Shown one piece after another: positions 25,403-38,000 of a stretch of DNA of 64,000 nucleotides (position 1 is its first letter; each line of letters opens with the position of its first letter). The notes beneath the pieces are model-generated. The model was not told the DNA's origin and ran no database searches. It saw only the letters and a list, made by a program, of their open reading frames with translations. Both the position numbers and the translations under genes were made by a program. The DNA lies in NCBI GenBank assembly GCA_028023455.1, contig JAQFVV010000001.1, positions 16,244,001-16,308,000 of the forward strand, given 5' to 3'. This DNA comes from Epiperipatus broadwayi (Eukaryota > Animalia > Onychophora).

Positions 25403-26779
25403 CTATCTATAATTTTATATGGATTTCTATATCTAATGTTAACACAATAAGCTATAAAAAATATTTGCAACAAAGAATATAATGTTGATTTTCTGTCTCA
25501 CATTAATTTCATTAGATATTATATTAACAATTCACTAAAGCAAATCCTATGCAAAAAGTGAATTTTTGTAAGTAGGTGTAATTCAGTATTTATTATGGTA
25601 ATATGAGAGAAAATTTAACTTCATTAATCAAACAATACTGGAATCCTTTTTTATTTCTATTATTAAGGGTACTTAAATTCCTTTAAAAAAATTTTATGCT
25701 CTGTCTAATGCTTTCTATGCCACATTTTATTGACAACATTTTTTGCATGAAACATTTAATACTTTCATTAATTGTCATTTATATTTTTACTAATTATTTT
25801 TTATAATTTTACTAATTTCTAGATTTAAAAAAAAAACAAAACATCATAAATTAGCAATATTTATATATAATTTGCAATCAAAATGGTCATCAGATCTGCA
25901 TACAATTTCAGTGGACCTATGACATCTTCTTTATGAATGTATGCTAATGAATTATATGCTATTCAAAAAATTATAAAGAAACAAAAGTAAAATTATTAGA
26001 ATTCATTAACGTTTTTAAAAGACCGTATTATTTTCAGTATAGCAACAAACATTTTTGCTTTTGAATGCCTTCAATAACTTCACATTCTTATCTAAATTAA
26101 TTACATCACACATTCTTCATGATCTAAGCAAATTGAAACCATGTGTATTTTTGTTGTTGTTGTTGTTTTGTTTCTTAATTCTCATAGATAAATATAATAT
26201 TTTCTTTAGTAAAATGTTTTGTAAGTTTAAAAATAGCAATTATACAAAACCTAAAATAATTCATAAAATATTTTCTTTGAGCAACAAATAAAAGTTATTG
26301 AGTTAATTTATGAAAAATAAAAAGTCACATTTATAAGTAGGTTGTATATTCAACAAAAAAGAGTCATCTATTAGAGAAATAATGGAACATATTAATGATA
26401 TAGTTATTTGAGCTTCTCAAATGACTAAAGTTATAAATATGCTAATAAATAATCTTTTAGTGAAAATTAAAAAGGCATTGAATTTATTAACAGGACAATG
26501 AAAAAATAACATTTGCTTATGATCTTGAATGGACGCAGAAAGCATTAAGTCTGTATGAAAAATTTATCTGATAAACCAGAATTATATGGGCATAAAAGCA
26601 TCAAAATTACTGAAAAGAAAAAATATGCTCTTAATGAGACTATTGTTATATTTTAGTAGAATCAAAAAATTAATGAAAAAAAAAGAGAATTGCAATGACT
26701 ATGAATTGTTCTGTAAAATGCGTTTGCAAAATGATCTCAGAAAGGTAAAAGTCTTTAAAGAATGGAAAAATACACTAAC

Positions 26780-28330
26780 TCTGCAGATTACATGACATAA
26801 TTGGAAGTTATCTGCAAAATCCCATTTCCACAACTCATCTTTGTCCACTATATTGCCTTTATATCTCGATCCATTTTATCTTTTTCTGAACCCAGCAAAG
26901 AAACCAAGAATCAACCTTTTCTATAATCACTTTGTTTATATTTATTCTCCCACAAATTTATTATTTGAAACCATTCTACTTGTAAGCATTTACATTCAAT
27001 TAACAGATGCATAAAATTTTCCATGTCTTCCTTACATAACTTGCAGACTATATCACCCATATTTCTCCATTTATGTGTATATGCATGTTGCTAATGATTC
27101 TGTTCAAGCCTTAAACAGTAAACTACTTTACTTGCTATTATTGTAAATTAAATCACACCCAATATTCTGTTTGCTAATTATTTTACTTCCTATTATTGTA
27201 AATTAAATCACCCCCAATATTCTGTTTACTTCTCCCTCTCTCTCTCTTTCTCTCTCTATATTATAGATATATTATATATATATATATAGAGAGATATATA
27301 TATATGATATATATATATATATATATATCACTCTCCATACTAGTTCTTCATCTCTCCAGCTCCCTATTTTCAATTAATGCTTCTATTTATTTATCTATCC
27401 CATTCTTTGCTAGTATACTACTCAACAATCCTCCTAACACAATCATCCCATCTTTTGTACAAATATATTGTTCTAAAGTCTTTATCCAAATCTTCTACAT
27501 ACCATACTACCTTCCTCATCCATTTTTTTTGCCAATCCTTTACTCATAACCCAATTAAATATTATTTTGGTTATTCTTTTACTAACCATAAATCGCAATC
27601 TATCAAACATTTTCATTTTACTTTTTGCATCTCATATAAAAATGCAACCATTTCATTTATTCTTGAATTGCCTCCTTTGCCAATCACACATCTGCATATA
27701 ATGCATGTCTTCCTATTTTTCTTTGTATTTTTTCTAAATAATCTAAACACTTTTACTAATACATAATGCATCATTACCATAAGTTAACCCTGCTACTGCC
27801 TCTTCCATACAATTCTTGCCACATTATATTTATTATATGAACATACTGTTAAATTTCTTAATATTCCCTTTTCTTTGCTTTATTTATAAATTTTTTCTCC
27901 CATTCATCCTTGCAATTCCTCTGATTACTTAAGATGATTCTCAAATAATTATACCTATTCATAACATTCAACTTTATATGCCCCAATAAAAAATCCTTCT
28001 CTTCTTTTTCCCTCACATTTATCATCATTACTTTTGATTTTTCTTCAGTAAATTTAATCCCCATGTCTTTACCCACCCTAATTCAAGTCTTAAGCATAAC
28101 TTCCACATCTTCCCTACTTTCTGTGCACAAGAAGATATCATCAGCAAATGAAAGACCTGATAAGGTATGCATTCTCTTGTCATTTATTAATAGCACCTCT
28201 ACCCCTATTTCTTGTCTTTCTGTTGCTCTCTCCATTTCTCTCAAATATAACAAAAATAATAATTTAAAGGTGATTCTTTACCATATCACCATCTACCTTA
28301 CTAAATAAATGTTCTAATGATGTTCTATTT
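26780..28330 (-). mobile_element. CR1/L2-type LINE 3' remnant
   Basis: GLSFADDI at about 28134-28157 and GIKFTEEKSKVM...YNYLRII. Homologous, in opposite orientation, to 46470-47400. Interrupted by a (CT)n/(TA)n tract at about 27230-27330. Confidence 0.75.
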
Positions 28331-29949
28331 ATAAATCCAGTATTGTTTTCTTATTTTTATAAGATAATTTCATCTCATCCCAGGTTTACCTCTAAATAAT
28401 AAACTACACAACAATTAAATAAGGATATATTTTAATATGTTATATATAGAATTCTAAGTAGTACTTTTATAATATATTTTCAGTTGAATAAGGTTTACCA
28501 TTTTAAATATAGCTCCATCTTCAATGACAATAATTTTACCCATCTCTTCATTATTTTATTTTAAATCCACCATTTACAATCCTAAATGCTTCACAAAGGT
28601 GTGTGTTTGCTGACAAAACATGGCATGTATTAATATTTATTCATTTTAATGCTACTTCATCAAATATTTTAAACATTACTCATTCCATCCTAGACAAGTA
28701 TGAAAACTTTTATAATTTTTGTAGCAAATAATAATTTATCATATTTAGATAGCAAATAATATTCTAGAATGATTTTAATGCATCAGTAATTAGACAGAAA
28801 TTATATATCTAAATCTCAATTGTTAATTATGAAATATGTAAATAGTTTTTACTTTTATATCAAAACACTCGTGTTCAAGTAAATATTTCATCCCAGACAG
28901 AAGATCTTTTCAGAAATGCCTAACTTTGAATGACTACTGTAAGGATTTTATTTCATATTATTGCATTTTATTTAATATAATTTCACCATACTATTTTGTG
29001 TAAGAGACATTCAACATTTAAAACAAAATGCTGTTATTTTATTTTTTTAAAAAAATTGTTTATAATGACATCTATTGAAATATTTTGCTAATTTTTTTTA
29101 AAAATTTGTACATTTACATTATTTTAATATATTGATGTCTTAATTTAAAAAAAATCAAAAAAGGTCAGTAAAATCAATCAGAATAAAAAGATTTTCATAA
29201 CTGCCTTCTCTTTGATTGACTTTTCCTTTGTTATGAGTGCCTATTGTTATTTGCAAGGTTATTTGGAAATATTTTTTGGAGTAATTAAAAATGTTATTTT
29301 TTGTGAAGTTAATTAAGATTCATGATTATTTTAAAATAATATTTGTATAATAATTATTAAAAATCAAATGAATACATTACACTCTTATTTTATACATATA
29401 TATTTCATTTGTAAAAATAGAAGGGAATACTGCTATGTGTGATAAAATGATGTGACTTATTAGAAAACATTCTATTTTATGGCATTATTTTATGGTCTAG
29501 CATAACACTAACAAAGAAAGTGATATTTCCATACTTACCTCATTTTATAAAAATTATAGCTAATACATCATTTCAAAAATTGTTTTAGGATAATTTGTGA
29601 TATTATCATAATTAAAAACACTTTTATCATTTGAAAGCAGAATTTGATACATTTATCAGGATTAATATTTTTACATTCACATTTTCAAAACAAATTGTAA
29701 TTAAAAAAGATTTTATTCATTTTATAGGAATGACTCTGCCTCCCATCCATTCATTGATGAATTCATCTATTGTTGTTATTACAATCTTATTTTTTCAATT
29801 TTTGCAAAGTTTAATATGAAATTTAATTTTTTTTCATTTGCAAATATTACTAATAAATCAAATTAAATTTATTGAATTTTTATATAGAATAACAGATTTA
29901 TAAAATCAAAAACTTACAAAAACTCTCATCAGAGAAAACAATTAATTAT

Positions 29950-30680
29950 AGTGATGTACAGAAGAATTAACAAGACTTTATACTAAAAAATCCTCATTGA
30001 TTTAACTTAATTATCTTATTTTTATTATTTAACTCAAAAATATAACTACCTGGTTGGTTTTCTAGCACATTTTCTCAATGATAATTTGTTATTTTTCCAA
30101 CTTGGGTAATGGTGACACTTCAGATTTTGTAGGATTAAATCACATTCATTTTTACATTTTATTGTAGTCATCATAAAATTTTTTAAATCAGTCATTTTTT
30201 GAAGTCATATTTAGATATACTATCCATCTGGTGAAAATATGACTTGTATTTAGCAATTTAGATACATTTCTGACACTTAGAATTCACTTCATAGCTCTCC
30301 TCAGGATAATTAGCAAAATCAACCTTTTTCTTCTATGCTCTCATATAGAATAAGCTTTTATATATAAAAACACAGTATCACCCCTTTCACAAGCTAGAAC
30401 TTCAGTAAAACATTTGCTTATTTTGAATCTCATTTATACTTTTAACCTGCGGCATTCTTTATCTAGGTTTGTTTAAAATTTTTTATTATCTATAAGATTA
30501 GCTTGTAATTCCATAAATACTAATAAATGTCGAAAAGTTTCCATTTTTAATTAATAAAACCAAAACCATAAAGGAATTCTTTTCATTTGATCCTGTATTA
30601 TAGATTTAAATCTTAAATAAAAATTTCTCCCTCAATACCCATATAGTTTAACTAATCTATAAATATTTTGATCTAAATAA
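29950..30680 (-). mobile_element. CR1-type RT remnant
   Basis: Minus-strand fragments resembling DxIYLxFSKAFD (about 30190-30230) and KLxxYGIxG (about 30630-30660). Very decayed. Confidence 0.45.
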
Positions 30681-30809
30681 TTCATTTTCAGTTTTTTCTT
30701 TTTTAATAATAATATACTATAAAAGAATTGCTTTATTTTACATTTTCACCCTATATATTACATATATTGATACAGATATATAATAAGCTTGTATTTCAGT
30801 TATTACATA

Positions 30810-31230
30810 GTAGAGATGTCTGCCCATCCCTTGCATATGTATTAAATGGATTATGTCCTGTACATGAGGGGTCAGATTGACTTTAGGTCAACATGAGTGT
30901 GATGAGAATCTTGGCCTCAGGGTCGTCTTTGAGCATTCCATCATTAGATTTTCCATTGGATGAATGGTTGAAGAGTTGGAGTGTGGAGTAGATTAAAGCC
31001 TGTCCATCAAAGTATGAAGATTGGCTATCTTAATATATATTTAAGCACTTATTGCATATATGTGTGGAGATGATAATCTGAACCAACTGATGATTGCTGG
31101 TTTAGCATGAAATATGTATACTGGTGATTATTTATCTTTTCAACATATATGTGTTCAAGTGTATCAGTATTATGAGATAATGTGAAGAGTTGTGGGTCAT
31201 GTGAAAGTCTGTGCTCATATACACCCTATA
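30810..31230 (+). mobile_element. Penelope-like lineage 2: GIY-YIG C-terminal remnant plus hammerhead (31082-31125)
   Basis: One frame reads GQIDFRST*V**ESWPQGRL*AFH...WMN, matching the PLE GIY-YIG tail HxIDF...E...R...EAxHI...MN. It is followed by ACCAA CTGATGA TTGCTGGTTTAGCAT GAAA TATGTA T A CTGGT. Confidence 0.8.
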
Positions 31231-31700
31231 TATTTTTATATAATTATAAATTTGACCTTAATCAAAGTAATTAACTATATCTTAAAATTATTTATATAAT
31301 ATAGAAATAACCATTGAAAAAATACTTTTAGTATTTCCTTTTTTTTTTTAAACATTTAGTGAATAAAATGAAACACATTTTATTTCTTTTATTTTGTATA
31401 TTGAGTGAATATAATTTGAATTTATTTCACCCTTTTATTTCAATTAAAGTAAATGTCTGTATCAATTATTTTTGATGCACACATGCATATAAATATATAT
31501 TGAATTTATTTTCTTTATGTTGTAACTACTTATTAACAATTTAAGTGTGCTTTGAATTTATGCTGACAACCGTAAGCTCCTATTCATCTTCCTGCCTATT
31601 CCAACTGCCTTGGCACTGAAACACCATTTCCATATATATTGATAATGTGATAGAACTTATCACATATGCTCATATATTATTGAATAATATATATTATATA

Positions 31701-32060
31701 TATAAGGGACTTGAATTCAGACTTTCAAAATATCCCACAGCTCTCTAATCCATATTATACAACTGATACACATGACCACATATATATGAAAAAGATAAAT
31801 GATCTCCAATATACATATTTTGTGCTGAACCAGCATTCATCAGTTGGTCCAGATCACCATCTCCAACACATTAAGTTCATATTAAAAAAGCAAATCTTCA
31901 AAATTTAATGGACAAATTTTAATATTCTTTACTCTCCAATTTTTCAGCCATTCATATCATTAAAATCCAAGGATGAAATAAAATCCTTGATGACCAATAT
32001 TGTTGTTATACCCAGGTTGATCTTAAGTCAATCTGACCCTCACATTTAAGATCTTAATAT
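31701..32060 (-). mobile_element. Penelope-like lineage 2 copy, inverted relative to 30810-31230, with hammerhead at 31802-31854
   Basis: Reverse complement reads ACCAA CTGATGA ATGCTG GTT CAGCAC AAAA TATGTA T A TTGG. The tail ends ...TTCAAGTCCCTTATA. Confidence 0.8.
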
Positions 32061-32839
32061 GTCCATTTAATTGTAGAGAATGTAGAACACTTTCAACATG
32101 CTTTGATCAATTGCGAAATATTCATCTTTATTGGAACAAGAAGAAGTGTTTGTTGTTGCAAGAATGTATTGAATTTCTTGAACTCATCAAATTCAATGAG
32201 ATTTTAAAATCTCAAAAAGGAAATCATTATGGAGATGCCTCATTCTAAATCAATCAAATATTTGTTATCATTTTTGGAATGGTAACATATTATTCTCATG
32301 TTATTTTAAAGATTTTGACATTGATTATACTATTGCTTATACCTTTAAACAGAAATATAAAATTCAAAGGACAATTCAATGTGAAGCAGCATTTAACAAA
32401 CAAGTTAGAAATCACAAATGTCCAAGCAGTGATTCCACTTGATTTTCAATTACCAGCTAAAATTAGCATTTAATGTGAGTTTATATAGTATCTCAAGAGT
32501 GTTATCTCATACTGTTTTTGGGTAGGAATGACCACTTGCTTATATCTTCAGAACAGTCTTACTCCCAACTTGACAGAGTGGCCTTTGCACTCATGTTTTC
32601 AGTGAATCACTTTTATCAATATTTGTTTGTAATACCATTCAAGCTTCTGACAGATAATGAAACATTTATGTAAATTTTTATTAAAATGTGGAGATTCCAT
32701 CTTCATCAGCAAATTGTTGTAACTATTAATGCTTTCTTGATATATTTAATGATTTGTGAGTGAAAGACACACACACACACAGTTACTCGATTTATTCCTG
32801 TTAGAACTATAACTGTCAAAAAGGATGGTGAATGGTGGT

Positions 32840-35070
32840 AACACTATTTATATCTATTTGTAGAATATTATAAACAATTATTATAAAAGTTAAAGCTGTT
32901 TACAATTTGCAAGACATGTACATCCTAAAGAATGTGGGAATAATATTTCAAAGTAAATAACGCTTATCAGAATAGAATCAATGCTTAACACTCAAGCAGA
33001 AAGGTAGAACTGCTGTCCCACAGAGAGACTTACTCTTTAGATAACAAATAGATGTATAAGACTTTGTATAGGTTGCTCCAAACATTTATTATTTATATAA
33101 ACATTTGGGAAAAACTATAATATTTAAGTTATATAAATTTAAGTTAATATAAGTGATCTATCTTTAACATAGGATAAAATATTATATGTATAAATAATCA
33201 GAACACTGTATTATCACATACCTATGGTAATCTCATACAACAAATGCCTTATCATGTATTCTGTTAAGAATATTTATTTAGCATCACTATCAGAGATAGG
33301 TAGTCATAATTATAAATGTTAAATAGCAGTTTTTATATTAATTAGTAATTAATATAAAACTATGTGGCCAGTCTTGTCAATACATAGCATTGCTACTGTC
33401 ACCAGAATCAAATAAATTGGAAAGCATTAGATTCCAATAATAACAATGAGTTATTTGACAATGGGACAAGATTCATATATATACTGATAGTTAATAGCAC
33501 CATTGTATATGCCCACAATAATAGTAACTGGTATTTAGCATAATTAGTGATAACACAGGTATGGCAATGCAAAATAGTGTCAAAGACTTTGATGTAAAAG
33601 CTACAACAGACTGGCAACTATATGTAGTGAGTGCATAAAGATACTTCTTAATAAACACTGTAATTTATGACAAACTAAAGATGGCACCACATTTGTGGCT
33701 GGTAGGCAAGAAACTGATTATAGATGGCAAAGCATTTATACAAGCTTTAGAATTTCAGAAGAGACACCATATGAAGAGTTAATAAAACTGGCAACTTCCA
33801 AATATATGGTGCATTTGCATTTTAGAAATAGATACCACACAGCAACAACAAATATGATAATATGTGTTAAACTATGTACGCTGGCCAAAGAGGGTAAATA
33901 TGGAAACTGTTGTGGGGAATAAATGATATAAATCTAAGATAGCATCCATTAAGCAAAACAGAATTATTCTATATAAAGACTATTGCAAAATGTGCAGCTT
34001 ATAAAGCTATAGTGAAAAAATTACATAATTTCAATTTAGCCATAGAACATACATAACCTGAGCACTAGTTAATAAGCTTGTCAGATAAATTGAAACTGAA
34101 AGAGTGTGAAACAAGTTACTGCTATGAAGGAAGCAGACATGTAAAAACAATTGCAAATATGATAATAATTATTGGTTTACAAGTGGCAGTGTAAGCCATT
34201 TGTCCTATGTGTGTGAAAGGAAACAGGTTAAAAACAAAAGTAGTTTGATTGCCAATAACAGCAGAGAAAAACAGAGGAAGTACGAACCAAAAAAAATATA
34301 TCTAAATAGCAGAAGTTAGATTTTGTTAAACATTGGTGTGCAGAAGAAAAGTCAAAATGGAAATTGATAATCAATTAGGAATGTTACTTCTATCAGAGTG
34401 AGACTGGGTAATGTTTCATAAAGGTAACTGGTAAAAAAATAAAAATGGTGAAATTCTATGATAAGTGTGTATTCATTTCCAAAGAAAAGATTATCTTATT
34501 TAAACTTTAAAAAATAAATGAGTAATACTTTCAACCTAGAAAGTCATATTCATAGTATTCAAATTCATCATCTGACACTATTATTGAGAGAAAATAGATC
34601 TATTAGTCAGAAACATGAATGGAAACTCCATTGATTAGATCTATTAGTCAGAAACATGAATGGAAACTCCATTGATTTGATAGGAGTAGTAAAAATTATC
34701 AATGAAAGTAAACAAGCAGAAAAATTCTTTTATTAGCAAAGACATGTCATTCATTTAGTAGACATTGGTTCAATCCACTAAAAATTAAAGGTCAATAAAT
34801 AGTTCACACAAGGGTCAGAGATTAGAAAACAATTCCCAGAACTATTTAAATTAAAATTAGCAGAGTTAACGAGTTGAGATCAAGATTATGAAGGATGCCT
34901 GCCCAGTCATGTGTAAAACAAGAAAATTCTTTTTTACACCAAGGTTTAAAGTCAAAAAAGCTATGAAAAAACTTGTGGACAGCTGTATAACATTCATTGT
35001 TTATGAATCAATCTAGACAACTCCAGTCATGATCATACTAAAAACAGATGGAAGATGTTCTGTCATACCT
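32840..35070 (+). mobile_element. Ty3/Gypsy element B: LTR-family-B copy (about 32840-33390) plus decayed gag, protease and RT start, cut off by element A
   Basis: Gag DFDVKATTDWQLYVV...PYEELIKL; knuckle remnant GSVSHLSYVC; MEID protease-like motif; RT start DACPVMCKTR...TTPVMIILKTDGR, ending at about 35060. Confidence 0.7.
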
Positions 35071-35085
35071 AAGGTACGTGATACT

Positions 35086-38000
35086 TGTTATATATGTGTA
35101 CGTTCAAACACATATACAAATGTGTAAATGTAAATAAATACAAAATGTAAAAATATATAATTATATTAAAGATTTATTATTAAAAATTAAAATGTATAGA
35201 GTAAAATAGCCAGGTGATTAGAAAGTAAAAGGCTATTTAAATATAAAAAGCAATTAGAAAGATTAACGATTGAAATAACTAATCTGATTAAAATAATTAA
35301 AGTTAAAAAAGATTAATGGTTGAATGAATCAGTGTTCCTGATTCATTCATTGATAACTATGACAGGGAACTAAAAATAACTTTTCACTTGTGTTAAACAA
35401 AATGTTAAATTCTCCGACCCAGAATGCAGATAGAAACTGTGAAATAATTACTTTATCAGCTGGATCTGAAGATGAACCAATCAGCAGCATAAGTGAACTT
35501 AAATTACAGATTTCCATAGAGAAAATAAAATGAACACTGGCTGTTTGGAGCTTGCTCAGTGCAGATGGAACTAGTGTTGCTTGTCACCGCTTGCACAGAG
35601 AACTTATACTGTAGAAAACTTGCCTTCCAAGTTACCAAAGCAAGATAGGGACAATACAGGCCATATTGATATATATTATAATTTATGTATGCCTCTGGGT
35701 TTAAAATATATATAATGTGTATATATGTAAATAGTCAAACCTCTGGTAATTATCATTTATTAATAGTCTAAATATTAACTGTTGTTAGTTATAGTTTGTA
35801 CTTTTGGGGTGCCCTCTTAGATTCATCAATCTATAGAGCAGTAATCTTATTACAGACCTTGCTATTAGCAGTTATTGCAATTGACAACTAGGACACAGCA
35901 ATTGGTGCAATCATAGTCTTAATTTGAACCCTTAATCAATTAAAATTAAACAGTTAAGTAACACAAGTAGCAATGTGAGAGTTTGATGTCAGTGAGGCAA
36001 GTAGTTGGCTCCTGTATGTGCAACATGTGGAAAAATACTTATTCATTAATAAAGTTGAAGATGATAAGTATAAGATTGCTCCGTTATTATGCTTTGTTGG
36101 GAAAGGAGTTATTGAGATAGCCAACAGACTCACAGAACCTCTAACTCCTGAAGATTATTCAAACGATCAGATTAAAGATTGTTTGTCAAGTTACTTTAAT
36201 GCCCATCCTTCTAGGCATGTTACTAGACTGCAATTTCTAAGATTGGTACAAAGATAGTGATGAAAGTGTAAAAGATTATGATTGAGATATAATTTAGAAA
36301 AGAATTGTGGCTATGGAACTATCCTAGATGAAATCCTTTTTGAACAATTTCTGACTGGTATGTGTAATGATAATTTACAGCAACAGTTATTGGCCATTAG
36401 TGACTTAAATTATATGGAGGCTATAAAAAGTGGAATAGCTTATAAACTAGACTTGAACAATAATGAAAATTTACCGAGTTTAAGTGTAATAGCAAATCAC
36501 AAATAGATGTTTATAAAATCTTTAAGAAAGAAATATCTAAGAGTAATGATGATATTGCTAACAGTAAAAACCCACATATGTTTTTTTCTGATGCAAGAAG
36601 GGCCACAAAACCAGCAACTGTTTTTACAAAAGAGAATGCTGCAAAATTTGTTAAAAAAGAGGGCACATGAAAATAAAATTTAAATAAAAATTTAATGTTC
36701 CTAGCATTGAAACTAATAGTGATAAACATTCATATCAGGGTCAGGAAAATGAGCATACCTATATTAAAAAAATGTCCACTGATGAAGACAAAATAATGTT
36801 AAAACTAAAACTGTGAAATCACCCCGTATCTATGGAGATGGAGAGTGGTAGCAGTATATCAGTAATATCAGTCCATGATTGGGCTACTGTAACCATTAAG
36901 AGTAAAAAAATCATTGAAATAGAAAATAGAGCTTAAAGCATTAGATGTAAATGGCAATGCGATCAAAATTAAAAGTGTGGTTAAGATCCCCATAAGTAGA
37001 ACACAGGGAAAAGTGATAGAGTTACTATCATATACAGTTTATGCTCCAATAAACCCCTGATTGGGCATCAATGGTTTAGAAAATTGAGTATTAAACTATC
37101 ATTTGTGAAAAAGGTCGAAATTAAAAAAGAAATGCGAGTCAAATTTTCTAGCTTGTTTAATGGGGAACCAGGTATTATTAAAATGACCCCTCTATCATTA
37201 GAGGTAAACACTGAGGTACTACCAATAATATGCAAATTATGTAAAGTTCTATTTGTGAAAAAAGAGACACTCAAAAGGAAAATTGATGATTTAATTAAGA
37301 AAGGGGTGTTACAACCCACTAAAAAAATCTGATTGGACTACACTATAATTATAACTAAACCTAATGGGCAAATTCATTTGTGTGGTGGTTACAGAATATC
37401 AATAAACAAGCTGATTAGTAAAAATATGCACCCAGTCCCTAATACTAGGAAAATAACAGTGTCAGTTCAGAGATTAATTTTTTTTTGCTAAATTAGAATT
37501 TAATGCTGCTTTCCATTAGACATCAATTAATGAACAAACAGCTAACATGTTAACACTAACCACTCATGTAGGGCTATATAAAAATATGAGGCTCCCATTT
37601 GGGATAACTTCAGCCCCTAGTATCTTTAAATCAAAAATTGAAAACATCCTTAAAGGATTTGAGAGTGTTATCCCATTGTTTTTCTGAAGGTTTGTGATGA
37701 TGGTGTTCTAGCTGTATTTTTATATTGGACTATTTCCATCATCTAATATGTGTGTTGAATGTCTTTAGAAAAGTTTAATTTTTAGTTAAATATTCCAAAT
37801 GCATTCAACTGTTAGTAATATCACAGCAAACAGGTTAGTATATGCACCAACTGTTAGTAATATCACAGCAAACAAATGTTAATAATATCACAGCAAACAG
37901 GTTAGTATATGCACTAACTGTTAGTAATATCACAGCAAACAGGTTAGTATATGCACAATTTTGATGTTATTCTGATTACAGCTACTACTGAAAACTTAGA

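Noticed and set aside
37806-37956. CRISPR-like array
   Set aside because: It is a contiguous tandem repeat without unique spacers, in eukaryotic retrotransposon sequence with no cas genes.
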